From: Lama guanicoe
Taxonomy: Eukaryota
Direction of reading: 5' to 3'
Length of the DNA stretch: 64,000 nucleotides
NCBI GenBank assembly: GCA_013239625.1
Contig: MU054187.1
Location: forward strand, 24,430,433-24,494,432
Below, one piece after another: positions 23,911 to 38,160 of the stretch; the first letter of the stretch is position 1; every line of letters starts with the position of its first letter. The notes below the pieces were generated by a model. The model was given only the letters and a program-made list of their open reading frames with translations. It was not told where the DNA came from and searched no databases. The translations under genes were made by a program, and so were the position numbers.

Positions 23911-24338
23911 ACGGTCTGAAGACTGGCTGACGTCCTCACGCGCAGCGCCCTTATGCGCGCCGCGGTGCTGTGCCCGCTGGCCTGGGGCTGCAGTCCTGCG
24001 GTGCTGCTGCTGCTCTGCCCTGGCCCCTGCACATTAGGAAGCCCGTTTCTCTGTGGGGCATCCTTTCATCCCTCAAGGCACTCCTCTCAGATGGAGTCCA
24101 AGACTGGCTGTCTTACAAATGGCGTTTACATCTGGTCTCCAGAAAACACATGCCTTAATCTTGCTTTAAGAGAGATTTAAATAAGCCAAACTCCTCTCCA
24201 GGCCTCCACATTCATTGTTTCCTTTGCCCCAAAATCTAGCCTCTACTCATTACCCATCTAATCTCTCACATCTCTGTTTAAATATCACCTCTTTTAATGG
24301 ACCTTCCCTGACTCAGTGGCCAGCTAAGGGCCCCAGTG

Positions 24339-24519
24339 CAGTATTTCTCAGACTTTAATGTAAATGAATCACCTGGAGTGCTTTTTAAAAGAGTTTCCTG
24401 AGCCCCATCTCCAAAGATTGATTCAACAGACCTGTTGGAGCTGGTGAATTTTCATTTCTAACAAGTTCATAGATGAGTTCAATGATGTTTGTCCAAGGAC
24501 CACACCTTGAGAATCACTG
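24339..24519. mobile_element. MER5A-like hAT MITE
   Basis: Termini 'cagtatttctca' / 'tgagaatcactg', with typical 'gaatcacctgg' and 'ggaccacac' internal motifs. Confidence 0.7.
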
Positions 24520-26575
24520 CCCTACGTTATACACCCTATCATGGTATCCACTGCACTTTATTGTAATTAAATATTTCACCACGTGTCTTTCTAACAAGAG
24601 TGTGAATCCTATTAAGTGCCTATAAAGTATTCAACAACAAATACACTTTAAAAAATAAATACCCACTTTGGAGTTGAGGAATACGGAGTTTAGTAATTAA
24701 AAAATTAAGTAATTTTCACAAGTTACAAAACCCTAAGAGTAGGGGCAGGAATGAAGGGAAAGATGTGAGAAGGGAAGAAACTGTTCTAACTCTAAAGCCC
24801 TGAAAGACAGTGACCACGTGTCCGTTCTAGGACAAAATACATTGTCACTAGGGGGCCCTGACTTGAACCTGTAGTTGAGAAATCTACAAACTAGTGGATT
24901 TGATCTGCATGTGACAAAGAGGTTGAAATCTGTTATCTCCTCTTATCCTCACTTCCTCCACAGACCGTGCAGCCCCATGACACACACATGCCCGCTTCTA
25001 CGTCAGTACTTATTGATGCCTTGAATACACTCGAGCTGTAACGGTTGACCAGAAGAATGGCTTAAAGGTGCCCAGGACATTTGAAATGCCTTGCAAGCTG
25101 TTAGGAATCTCCTTCGAAAGAAGCTTGTGAGGACCCCTGAAACATAATTTTGTCAGATCCCAAGGAAAAAAAAGTTAAATTAAATCAAGTAAATTGCTTA
25201 TTAAACTAATGCATTTGGTTTCCATTTTCCAGAAGTCCCAAAGGCTTATCAGTCGTATCCTCCATACCAAGGTCATACTACTGTTCCTTGCATTTCAATG
25301 AATAAAGTCAGGCAACATAGTTTTGTAAATGGAGAAAGAAATTAAAAATATTTAAATTTCAGCTGTGTATATCTATATTGTGTGCCTATGCTGAGGAAAT
25401 GCTCAACCCTCACCTCCTGAATATCCATAGATCTTTGGAAATTTCATCGTCTGAAGGGAAAAATATGGACGATCATTTTTTGCTTACTTATCCCCAGAGA
25501 CTGGTGAGTTTAGGGGGAAAATGTGAATATATGTGGCTTTTTTCTTCCTTCCTTTGAGAGTGGCCACTCCTTGCTCTGTTCACCCATGCAGTAAGTTTAC
25601 CAGAACACATTCTGGACCTGCAAGTGAAAGGCATACACTTTGGAAGCTGGGAAGGTCAATCCAGGAGAATCAATTCAACCTTATCAATAGTAAAGCTGAT
25701 ATTTTGATCACTGAGAAATCTGCTTCTCAAGTGGCTCTGAAATTCAGGAGGTGGGAGACAAAGGGGTGTTGTTTATTGCCCCCCTAAATCCCATCAGAAC
25801 TCATGTTGCTCACAATCACTCCTCTGTCTTCCCCCTCTTTGTCATTATCAGCTTGACACAATCTACCTCACCTGTCTCAGATTAACTCTTATTTCATCTC
25901 TGCTGAAACCTTCCTTGATCATCCCAGAGTGAATCCTCCTCCCCCTCTGTGTATAGTCTGTCTTGAATGACAGTAAATTGTGACTTGAGCAGTCTTCTTT
26001 ATTAGACTATAAATTGCTTGTGAAGAACTGTATTTTACTCTTTCTCTGTGTTCTGACCTCCAAGCTTCCTTCCCACTATAGTATTCACTACAATATCATT
26101 TTTCATCCTTTTATCAAATTTTTAGTGACAGCTGATTCTGTGTCAGCTACTTGTTAGGTGCTGGGACATGTACCCAAACAAGATAGAAGCAGTCCCTACC
26201 ACGACTTTGTTGAACCTTAACCATAGTAAGCCCTGAATAACGATTATTTGATTTGATGCTGTAGGTAAAGAACTGCTTCCCCTCCTCCCACAGATCACTA
26301 AGATTCTGAGTATTGAAATCAGGAAAATAAAATAAAATAGATTTGAGATCCATATTTTTAACACATCTCTCAAGATATAACACTACACCTTACAGCATTA
26401 TAATTCCAGTACCCCTACTAGTTATAATATCTGGTATCTGTCGAGCACGTAGCTATGAGCTAAGCACTTGCCATGAATTACTGCACCTACTATTCATAAC
26501 CATTTTATGAGGAAACTGATGCACAAATTATAAAACATAAATAATCACCCAAAAGCAGATTTGAGGTTAACTCTT

Positions 26576-27139
26576 TTTATTTTATTTTATTTTATTGAGT
26601 TATAGTCAGTTTACAATGTTATGTCGACTTCCAGTGTAGAGCACGATTTTTCAGTTATACATGAACATATATATATATATATTCATTGTCACATTCTTTT
26701 TCACCATGAGCTACCACAAGATCTTGTATATATTTCCCTGTGCTATACAGTGTAATCTTGTTTATCTATTCTGTATATACCTGCCCATATCTGCAAATTT
26801 TGATCTCCCAGTCTGTCCCTTCACACCCCATTTCCCCCTCGTAACCACAAGTTTGTATTCTGTATCTATGAGTCTGTTTCTGTTTTGTATTTATGCTCAT
26901 TTTTTCTTTTCTTTTTTTTTCTTTTTTTTTTTTTTAAAAAAAATTTTTAGATTCACATATGAGCTATCTCATCTGGTATTTTTCTCTCTTTCTGGCTTAC
27001 TTCACTTGGAATGACATTCTCCAGAAGCATCCATGTTGCTGCAAATGGCATTATGTTGTTGTTTTTATGGCTGAATAATATTCCATTGTATAAATATACC
27101 ACATCTTCTTTATCCAGTCATCAGTCAATGGACATTTAG
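26576..27139 (-). mobile_element. Young L1 3'-end insertion with a perfect 18-bp TSD
   Basis: TSD gatttgaggttaactctt at 26558-26575 and 27140-27157; L1 3' UTR between. Confidence 0.93.
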
Positions 27140-27339
27140 GATTTGAGGTTAACTCTTAAATCTATAATAGATATCACTTAAGGTTACTTTATCTTCCATG
27201 TATATGCCTCACAGCTAAAGATAAATTTTTAAGCATTTGTTTACCTTTAAGTATATTGGACAGGTTGACTACTTACTTTAATCTGTCTAACAACACTCTT
27301 CAAATAGAGTTGGTGTCTATTTCTAGAGAATAATTCCCC

Positions 27340-30300
27340 TGTACAAGTCAGAGTTTGGTCAGGAAAATAAAAGCCATTCCAACTTTTAGATGTAGGAAGA
27401 AATTTAAACGAAGAATTAGTACAGGACTATTGGAAAGTGACAGGAGCAAATGTCAGGAAAAATCTTTTCTGGAAATGCAAAAGAGCAGAGGTAAAGAGTG
27501 AAGGAAAGTGTCTACCAGTGGTCTCAGCCACCAGCAATACCAGAGTAAGAGATTCTCAGGAGGACGCCCAAAAGTCAGATGCCTGAAATTTGAAGGTGCT
27601 GACAGGCCTTCCCACAGCCACGATGGAGAGCAGTGGCTGTTCTTCCTCTGTCTTCCAAACCTTGTTCTGGAGCCACTGATTGGCAGACTATCCGGGGCTC
27701 CTCTGGAAAGGTAAAGCAGTATGTCTAGGCTTTGTCCTGCTGTAGCACAAGGAGAGTTTAAAATTCCAGGGATGGAACCGGAAATCAGTAACAATATCAG
27801 GTAAATCCTGCTCTTTGGACATTCAATGTCCACTCACAATCTCTGGCCTGTTGTTAACTCAACATCAAAGGTGTGTTTCCAACCACCATAAGTAGAACCA
27901 TTTCTTACACTAACCAAGACACATTCACACTTTCTCCCCAAAAAGAAACACAAAATTCCCATAAATTGTTATATCAATGTCTGAATAATGTGCATTTATT
28001 TCCTAGCTCAGGAATAATCCTTCTTTGATAGATGGCTTGTAATGTAAACAATGAAGACTAATGTTAATCACAGCCAATACCTACTCTACGCAATAGCAGA
28101 GAAAAGGGAGAGAGAAAAGAAGTTCGCACATTCAAGTGTATACATAATAAAACAAGGGTAAAAAATGTATACGTAGTTACCACAGCCTTTGATTCTGAAA
28201 CTAGTCATAAGGTCATAATTAGTAAACTTCCTTGTACTGCATTTCATTTTGTCTCTGCCCTTATCCAGCAACTCAACTTGTCATTGGAAGACGGTTCTCC
28301 ATTGACCTCTCAAGTTTCTGCACATCTTGCAAGCAAAGGCCCTAACAGTATTTTTCCCAGGACTGTCATTTCAGGATAGTTCCCCAGCAACTAGTCTTTG
28401 AAGGAAGAGAGACTATCTCCCTCCGAAGTAAAAGACTAAGTTTATTTATTGTCCAGTATATTAAAGGCAATGTCTCCCACTGGGGTCAGGGCAGGCTTAC
28501 CGCCTATTGTAAAGGATGGGGGTTTCCTGAGCTCAGAGTTCTCCTCCTTGATGCCACTCACTGTACGTATACCCATTCTGGCCATTTTGCATCACTACGT
28601 GGGAACTGGTGCTTGAGGACCAGCATGAATGCTGACACTTGGTCTATTATTACTGTGGTAAAAACTCCTGCTTGCCTGGCCCAAGTCTCATGTCTCTTGC
28701 CAGCATTCACGAAACTGTGACAGGCTAGCTTGTTTTCTTGCAGTAAAATCTCAGCTTCTACATAACTCTTAACATTAATAGCTGTACACCCTGCTGACCC
28801 AGACTTTTATTCTCCCAGTGCCTGAGCCCTACTTTTGGGGGAGGTTAGCCTTCCACTAACTTTTATCACTAAATGTGGAAGCATTAAAAGGCATCTAGAA
28901 AAACTAGGTTCCCAAACATACTCCTTCCTGCCTTCATTAAGAATCAGCATCCTATTTCTCCTTAGGAAGCAAGATTCGTCACACTAACCTCTTTATCAAC
29001 TCCTTCATTTGTTTCTTGGTTCAATGACATAATAAGGAGCCCAAAGTGACCAAGTGACAGTATCAATGTCAAATTCAATGGAAGCTATTGAGTCTCCTGT
29101 AGAAGCATCTTTCCCTTAATAAGTGAGGCTTCAAACCAGCAAAGCACAGAATGGGAAACACATTCCACAAGTGGTCCCTAAGGATAATACTCAGAGGAGC
29201 CACTCCTACTTCTGCTATGTTGTTTCAAGACCTGAAAAAAAAATCGCCATGCATTGGTTGCCACTGGGAGCTGGGATATCACTCTGGCTCCATGAAGTAT
29301 TCTGATGCAGCCAACACCGTAATTGAGCATTTAATAGATCAGTTCACTATTCTAGTCTTCAGGACATCATTCCACAGTTCTATCAGTCCAGCTATTTCTG
29401 GATAATAAAGTATATGAAAACAATGGTGAATTCCACAGATTTAAACTTTTTCATCATTTCTTTTGCTTCTCTTTAGGTAGTAGTAATATTGTGTGGAAAG
29501 GCAAGGTAGTGAGTAAAATGCCAGAAGATGGTGATGACAATAGTACTGTGCGTAGGAAAGACAAATCCATATCCAAAGTGAATGTCTATTTCAGGGACGA
29601 TTACGTAAGTGACTAGTACACTGGGAAACAGTGTCATCCTGGAGGCTTAATATTGCTTTTTGCTGCTGGCAGTCAAATCAATCAACATGGTGACAGTAAG
29701 ATCAAGCTTGGTAAGGGGAAGTCTGCAATACTGAGCCCTGGCATAGTTTACATCCCTGACATGTGTCCAACTTTTTCATACACAGTTGGTGATTAAGTTC
29801 TCTGGCAGCTGCAGAGAGAGACACTAAATGATGTCTGCAAATTGGCTCTCCTTGTCCATTTGATTATGGACAGTTTTCTATATAGGAGATCCCTGTGATC
29901 ATAAGACACAAAAATCCACTCTGTGGCCATTCTGAATGGACCATCCTCAAATATCTCTTCCTCAAACCATTTAGCCAGCAATTCTTAAGTTTTACTCCTT
30001 CCAAGTCCCTGGTCGCTTGGCCAAAATTTCAGCCACTAGAAATGTCATGATACAGATTTTTCCCTGCAGGTCATCTCTTCTAGGCCGAGTGAAAACCTAG
30101 ATGCATTTTTGAACTTATGCCTCTTCGGAGGATTTTCTTTACTCGCCATTTTTCAGGGCCATCTCTGAGTGGGGCGTACGGGGCATAGGTATGGAGGAAA
30201 AGTGGTAATACCACAAAGGAGTCACTTGGGTCTCAGCTACCTACTCGAGCAGTTTAACTTAAACTTCAGCTTCTGCTGAAGGTCAGAGTCATTGATGATC

Positions 30301-30843
30301 CAATGCAGCTGCATAGGCCTGACTTTATACCTGGATAGATTAGGTGATACTCGCTTCGTAATTAACCAGTACTCAATTCCTCCAAAACCCTAGCTCTCTT
30401 TCTGAAAATTCACCTGAGTTTTCCAGATGTCCCAGTCTGCACCGCTATTTATGATCATTATTTCAAGCACCATCAGATCGATTCGATCATAAGGTCCAAG
30501 TGGAATATACTTGTACTGCCTGCACTAACTTCTTCTGCTTTGGGCACAAATCAAAGCTGGAAGTCTTACTGGCTACCCGGAAAATGGACTGGAGCAGCAC
30601 ATCCCAGTGGACTCCAGAGCGGTATACATTGACCTGAATCCAAAGATTCTGAGAGCTATGTCAAAATCAAAATGGATATGTAAGTGTTAACTTCTAAGAT
30701 TTTTTTTTGACTTCTGATGTGTTAGCAGTAGTGTACACTCTCATCAGTGCAATCCCAATAAATATTTGACTGCAGGAAGCATTACTATTCCACTTTCTTT
30801 GAGAGTACAAGCAGAGCTTGAATTCCTACATTTTCAGTCTTTG
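27340..30843 (-). mobile_element. Degraded ERVL/MaLR-class LTR plus internal (gag/pol-like) remnant, probably continuing at ~35445-35790
   Basis: LTR-like start at ~27340 followed by degenerate internal sequence resembling ERVL pol antisense; no open frames. Recognition by eye only. Confidence 0.45.
28281..28774 (+). mobile_element. Solo LTR nested in the ERVL-like remnant
   Basis: Starts '..ttggaagacggttctccattgacctctcaagtttctgcacatcttgc', ends 'actcttaaca'; typical ancient eutherian LTR text. Confidence 0.55.
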
Positions 30844-30855
30844 AAGAAATTACAG

Positions 30856-33800
30856 GGGTGGAGCCAAGATGGCCGAGTGGAGAGACTCACAGCTCACCCT
30901 CTCCCACAAATACACCAAGAATTACATCTACAAACCCATTGAATCTCACAGAACACCTACTGAACTCTGTCTCTCACCTTGAAATACAGGAGGATTCTCA
31001 CAAAATCTGGTAAGAAAAAAAAGGAAAAAGAAAAAATCTGTGCGGGACCAGTCCTGCAGGGAGGGAGTGACATAGGAAGATAGGCACCCTCATGCTGTGA
31101 CACGCCCTCTCCAGCCTGGAGGTCAGTGGGGACAGAAGCGGAGCTTTCGAGACTCCAAGGAGACTCCAGACAGAACTAAGGGAAACTGACACGGAGTGTC
31201 CCTGAGATCCTGGGCCAGAGATGCAAGCCTGCAGGGACAAGCCAGGACTGGCTGCTGAAGATCAGTGAGGAGCCCAGGCAGAGGGCAGGGCCCACTGCAC
31301 AGAGGCGGCCTCAGGGGACTGGAGGGTGGTGTGAGCTCTGGCTGGGGGCAGTGTGTGGAACACAGTACCTTGGGAACCCGAGAAAAAGCACCACAGTTAA
31401 TGTATGTGGGGGAGGGGGACACAACACAGCCACACTGTAGCCACTTTCTCCGCTGGGCTCCATTGTTGATGTGTTCTCACGGGAAGAGAGGCGGGACTTG
31501 GTCATAGCCATCACTGCTGTGCAGAGGAGGTGCTAAAAGCTGAGTCCACACCCAGCATCCCTGCAAATTCACAGGCATGACTGAGATTTATTTATGACCC
31601 CAGGCAGAGAGGGAGGATTGCCTCTCTCTGGACCCTTTGTGAACCCATGCATCTGGGACAAACAGGCAGTGAGCAGAGTTCTGATTCACAGTGGGGGTGA
31701 GCACAGGCATTTGCAACATGACTGCATACCGGAACCTATGGGTGGTGGGGTTTGGGTCTGTGCGGACCCTATGGTTCACCACATTTCAGGTGTGTGACTG
31801 CATGCTTGCTACTAGCACCTGACATTGGCGGATCTGCCCTGGTGTTTCCTGGGGCTCAGAACCTGTGGGACAGCAGGGCAGGTGGCTGAAATTGGCAGCT
31901 AAGGCAGGGACAAAGGCAGCATCAACAAGAGTGCCTTGTAAATCCACATAACAAGTGACAGAAAACACCACAGAGGGCACTTCCCAGTGGACATCTCCTG
32001 CCAACTGTTCTTCCCAGCTGAAGCACTCCAACCCTGGCTACTACACACCACAGCTGAGAAATGGGTCCAGAAGCCCCCATTCCAGCAATAGGGGAGCAGA
32101 TCAGGCCCCTGTCATGGCTGTGACAACCACAGGACAATAAAGGAGGCCCCGCTCAACAACAGTCAGGGCAGGGTCTGATCACAGTACCAACCACACCCCC
32201 AGTCAAAGGGTAACAGTCAAAACTAACAGAAGGACTGTAGCTAAAGTTCATTGCAGTACAGGCCTTCCTCAGAAAAGAAGAACAATCTCAAATACACAAT
32301 TTAACCTACCACTGAAAAGAATTAGAAAAAGAACAAACAAAACCCAAAGTCAACAAAAGGAAAGAAATAATAAAGATCAGGGAGGAAATAAATAAACAGA
32401 GATTAAAAAACAATAGAAAAAAGTCAATCAAACCAAAAGCTGTTTTTCTGAAAGAGTAAACAAAATTAACAAACTTCTGGCCAAGTTCACCAAGAAGAAA
32501 ATCACAGAAACACAAAAAAATCATAAGAGAATACTATGAACAACTGTATGGCAACAAATTGAACACTAAGAAGAAGTGGACAAGTTTCTAGTAATACAGT
32601 CTATCAAAACTGAGTCAAGAAGAAATAGATCATTTGAATAGACATATCACTAAGAGTGAAATAGGATCAGCAATATAAAAAAAAAAAACTTCCCTGCAAA
32701 CAAAAGTCCAGGACCAGATGGCTTCACTAAGGAGTTCTATCAAATATACAAAGAAGAGCTCATACTGATCCTTCTCCATCTCTTCGAAAAGACTGAAGAG
32801 TAAAGAATACTCCCAAACTCATTCTATGCAGCCACCATCACCCTGATACCAAAGCCAGATAAAGACAATAGCAAAAAAAAAAAAAAAGAAAGAAAAAGAA
32901 AAGCTATAGGACAATAATGTTGATGAACACAGATGCAAAAATCCTCAACAAAATATTAGCAAACAGAATCCAACAGCACATAAAAAAGATCATACATCAT
33001 GATCAAGTTGGATTCACCCCAGGGACACAAGGATGGTTCAAAATATGCAAATCAACCAACATGATACATCACATCAATAAGAGAAAGGACAAAAATCACA
33101 TGATCATCTCAATAGATGCAGAAAATCATTTGATAAAATTCAACACCCATTCATGATAAAAACTCTCATCAAAGTGGGTATAGAGGGAACATATCTCAAC
33201 ATAATAAAAGCTATTTATGACAAACCTACAGCCATAATAATGCCCAATGGTAAAAAGCTGAAAGCCTTCCCCTAAAATCTGGAACAAGACATGGATGCCC
33301 ACTCTCACCACTTCTATTCAGTGTAGTATTGGAAGTCCTAGCCATAGCAACTAGGTAAGAAAAAGAAAAAAAAAAAGGGATCCAAATTGGAAGAGAAGAG
33401 GTAAAATTGTCATTATATGTGGATGATTTGATACTATATATATAGAAAACCCTAAAGGCTCCACACAAACACTACTAGAGCTAATACAAGAATTCAGCAA
33501 GGTAGCAGGATACAAGATTAATATACAGAAATCAGTTGCATTTCTTTACACTAACAATGAAATATCAGAAAAGGAAAGTAAAGAAACAATCACTCTTAAA
33601 ATTGCATCCAAAAAAGTAAAATAGTTAGGAATAAATCTGACCAAATTAGTGAAAGACTTATATGTGGAGAACCACAAAACATTGACTAAGGAAACTAAAG
33701 ATGACTTAAAGAAATGGAAAGATATCCCATGTTCTTGAATTGGAAGAATTAATATTGTTAAAATGGCCATACTACCCAAAGTAACCTGCAGATTTAATTC

Positions 33801-35432
33801 AATCCCTATAAATTACCCAGGACATTTTTCACAGAACTAGAACAAATCATAATAAAATTTACATGGAACCATCAAAAGACCCAGCATTCTCAAAACAATC
33901 CTGAAGAAAAAGAATGAAGCTGGAGGAATAACCTTCCCAGATTTCAGACAATGCTACAGAGCTACAGTCATCAAAACAGCATGGTATTGTTACAAAAGCA
34001 GACATATGGATCAATGGAACAGAATGGGGAGCCCAGAAATAAACCCACAAATTTATGGTCAATTAATCTTTGACAAGGGAGGCAAGAACATACAATGAAG
34101 AAAAGACAGTCTCTTAAACAAATGGTGTTGGGACAACTGGACAGCAGCATGTAAATCAATGAAGTCAGAATTCTCCTCACATAGTATACAAAAATAAACT
34201 CAAAATGGCTTAAAGTCTTAAATGTAAGACAAGACACTATAAACCTTTTAGAAAAAAACATAGGCAAAACATTATCCAACATAAATCTCAGCAATGTCAT
34301 CCTAGGGCAGTCTACCCAGGCAATAGAAACAAAAGCAGACATAAACAAATGGGACCTAATTGAACTTAAAAGCTTTTGCACAGCAGAGGAAGCCATAAGC
34401 AAAACAAAAAGACAACCTACAGAATGGGAGAAAATAGTTACAAAAGATGAGACTGACAAGGGCTTAATTTCCAGAATATATAAACGACTCATATAACTTA
34501 ATAAAGAAAAAAAAATTCCAAAAATGGGCAATTCTCCAGTGAAGACATACAAATGATCAATAGGCACATGGAAAAGTACTCAATATCACTAATAATCAGA
34601 GAAATGCAGATCAAAACTACAATGAGGTATCACCTCTCATCAGTCAGAATGGCCATCATACGGAAGTCCACAAACAATAAATGGTGGCAAGACTATGGAG
34701 AAAAGGGAACCCTCCTACACTTTTGGTGGGAATATTTGGTGCAGCCATTATGGAAAACAGTATGGAGATCCCTCAAAAAGCTAAAAATAGACTTACCATA
34801 TGATCCAGCAATCCCACTCCTGGATATATATCCAGAGGGAAACTTAATTCAAAAAGATACATGCACCCCAATGTTCATAGCAGCACTATTTACAATAGCC
34901 AAGATGTGAAACAACCTAAATGTCCATCAACAGATGACTGGATAAAGAACCTGTGGTATATTTATACAGTGGAATACTACTTAGCCATAAAAAATGATAA
35001 AATAATGCCATTTGCAGCAACATGGATGTCCCTGGTGAATGTCATTCTAAGTGAAGTAAGCCATAAACAGAAAGAAAAATACTATATAATATCACTTATA
35101 TATGGAATACTAAAAAAAAAAGACAAACAAAGATTTACAAAATAGAAACAGACTCACGGACACAAAAAACAAACTTATGGTTACCAGGGGGAGACAGGAT
35201 GGGAAGGGATAAATTGGGAGTCAAGCAGATACTAACTACTATATATAAAATAAACAAGTTTATACTGTATAGCACAGGGAACTATATTCAATATCTTGTA
35301 GTCACTGGTAGTGAAAAAGAAAATGAAAAGGAATATATGTATGTTTCTACATGACTAAAGCATTGTGCTGTACACCAGAAATTGACACAACATTGTAAAC
35401 TGATTATACTTTAATAAAAATATATTTAAAAA
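30856..35432 (+). mobile_element. L1 with intact 5' UTR but lacking ORF1 and the endonuclease domain; ORF2 disrupted
   Basis: Perfect 12-bp TSD aagaaattacag (30844-55, 35433-44); 5' UTR to ~32240 joined directly to the ORF2 linker; RT fragments 32917..33156 ([28 protein letters not shown]) and 34553..34909. Confidence 0.93.
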
Positions 35433-35787
35433 AAGAAATTACAGAATACTGCTAAAGTTTCAAACAGAATATGGATAGACTAAAATAGTATTTTATTTTC
35501 TTGAAGCCCTCTAATGTAATGTTAAGTTGTATTGAAGCACCCTACAACTGAAACATTTGCTTCCTGCCTTTAAATTAGAAATGACTAGAATAGAAGCTGT
35601 AATGCAGGAACAATATTGAGATAATCACACCTTGATTATAAGTACTTAAGTTTTCATATGCATGCAAGCTTCATCAAAGATTCCAGTGAATATTTCAATG
35701 CCTGAAATCTATTATTCTGCATATAATCTGGCATAACTGGTTCAAGACTGCAGCATCAATGACCCAATTAAATAATACCATGGCTCA

Positions 35788-36570
35788 CTGGAGAGGGTGT
35801 GGAGAAAAGGGAACACTCCTACACTGCTAGTGGGAATGTAGTTTGGTGCAGCCATTATGGAAAATAGTATGGAGATTCCTTTTAAAAAAATGAAAATACA
35901 GTTACTCTATGATCCAGCAATCCCACTTCTGGGTATTTATTGGAAGGAAACTCTAATTCAAATAGACACCTGCACCCCAATGTTCATAGCAGCACTATTT
36001 ACAGTAGCCTTGACATGGAAGCAACCTAAATGTCCATCAACAGATACCTGTATAAAGAAGTTGTGATATGTGTGTATATATGCATATTCACACACACACA
36101 CAAACACACACACACACACACACACACACAAAACATGGAAAAATAGACAGAAAAAAGAATAAAATAATGCCATTTGCAGCAGCATGGATGGACCTGGAGA
36201 TCGTCATACTAAGTAAAGCCAGAAAGAGAAAGAAAAATATCATATAATATCACTTATATGTAGAATTGAAAAAAAAGACAAATGAATTTATTTGCAAAAC
36301 AGAAACACACTCGCAGACATAGACAAACTTTTACTAGAGAGGAAAGTGTTGGCAAGGAATAAATTGGGAATTCGGAATCTGCAGATACTAACTACTGTAT
36401 ATAAAGTAGATAAACAAGAAGGCCCTACTGTATAGCATAGGGAATTATATTCAATACCTTGTAATGGACTATAATGAAAAAGAATATGAAAAGAAATAGA
36501 TACATATATATAAATGAATCAATATTCTATACACCAGAAATTAATACCTCAACTATCCTTTAATAAAAAA
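35788..36570 (+). mobile_element. 5'-truncated L1 with a (CA)n tract at ~36088-36130
   Basis: ORF2 C-terminal fragment 35857..36066 ([11 protein letters not shown]...[11 protein letters not shown]) plus 3' UTR and A tail. Confidence 0.9.
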
Positions 36571-37947
36571 ATAGTAATACTACAGCTCTATAACTTATTC
36601 CATTGTTCAAATTCATTGGAATTCTATATAATGTCCTTAGCTTGGAAAGCCAAAGTTAATGTCTTTCCTCCAGAGAGATGAAGACTGTCAATATTCCATG
36701 GTCTTAGGTTGTTAAATAAATCATTGAATTTATCCCTCAGCACTTGCTTTTGACACAAAAAAGAGAACAGGTCATCTTTGTTTATCACTAGCTAAAAAAT
36801 CTCAAAAAACAAATCATACAGTAATTCCACCAGTGATGTGGAATGAGTCATTGGTGATGTCCAAGTGGTTTGCAGAAAAATGTCAACAATTAGAAGATTT
36901 CTGAGAAGTGACACTGAAATATGACATCTTTCCTTGTATATCAGAGAATTTAGGCCTTTTTTCCAGGATATCTGCAGGCACTGGTTATTTTTATCCCAAA
37001 TTGTTACCTACTGATTACGTAGTAGTGAATACTGATCAGCTTAGTAAGCAGAGAATTCCCTAAATTAAGTCACTTTGACTAGCTGAATCATATTTTGGGT
37101 GGGATATCAATCACAATTTGACCTTCTCTAGGTGCTGTTCATAGACAATAGCTAACTTTCAAATATGCATATAAAATAACTCATTCCTAAATTGGGTCAT
37201 ATCAATGAAGTATGAGCAACATGTTTCTGCAGAGAGGGTAAATTTCTACAGAATTCATGATGGATTATTGAGTTACAGCATCTATCTTTACAAATGAGAA
37301 ACATAACTGACAAATAGCTTGGCCATGAAGATAAATGCTATAGTAGTTCATTTCACAGAGATTATTGAACCTAATATTCTATTTCATTCCTCGTCCTTTA
37401 AAATTCATTTCCACTGAAAACTTTTCCGTTTATGCACCAAGACATTAAAAGTTGCAACAGACGTTATACATAAGAAAATATGCTAATGGTGAAAACTAAA
37501 TAAAGTTTAGTTTTAGTAAAAAACTAAAATAAGGAAATGCTTTCAGTCCACTCCTAATGCTTTGTCTTCCCCTGGGTGAAATTGTCATGACTTAGTAGTC
37601 AAAGAGTCAGTCATTTTACACCAGACATCCCTGCCCCTGCAAAATTGAAAGTAATTAAATTCTATTTTTTAAAAAACTGTTTTGCTAATGAATTTCCATA
37701 GGCTTACTTAGAATAGATTGAGTGTTCTAAAACACAAAGCTTCTTATTCAGCAACTGCATTAATAAAAACATGAGGAGAAAGAGATTCCTGAATAGATTC
37801 CTCGAACAACATTGTGCAAATTAAAGGCTGTGAAATCAGAATGATTTGGAATGTGTTTTAAAGTAACATTTTACTCAAAAGAAGTAATTTCCCAAACAGT
37901 ACACTCAGTTCAAATTTCAATAAGTGTCTTTTTTTATATATATAAAC

Positions 37948-38160
37948 TTTTTTTTATTGTTATAGTCATTTTACAGTATTGTGTCAAATTCCAGTGTAGA
38001 GCACAATTTTTCAGTTATACATGAACATACATACATTCATTGTCACATTCTCTTTCACTGTGAGCCACCACAAGATCCAGTATATATTTCCCTGTGCTAC
38101 ACAGTACAAGCTTGTTTATCTATTCTACATTTTAAAATCCCAGTCCCTTCCCACCCCCAA
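37948..38160 (-). mobile_element. L1 3'-end fragment
   Basis: Same tail as the copies at 26576 and 47419 ('tcaaattccagtgtagagcacaatttttcagttatacatgaac'). Confidence 0.85.

Noticed and set aside
33971..34567. Longest ORFs in the track (198 aa here, 172 aa at 48208..48726) as membrane proteins
   Set aside because: These are hydrophobic antisense translations of A-rich L1 ORF2.
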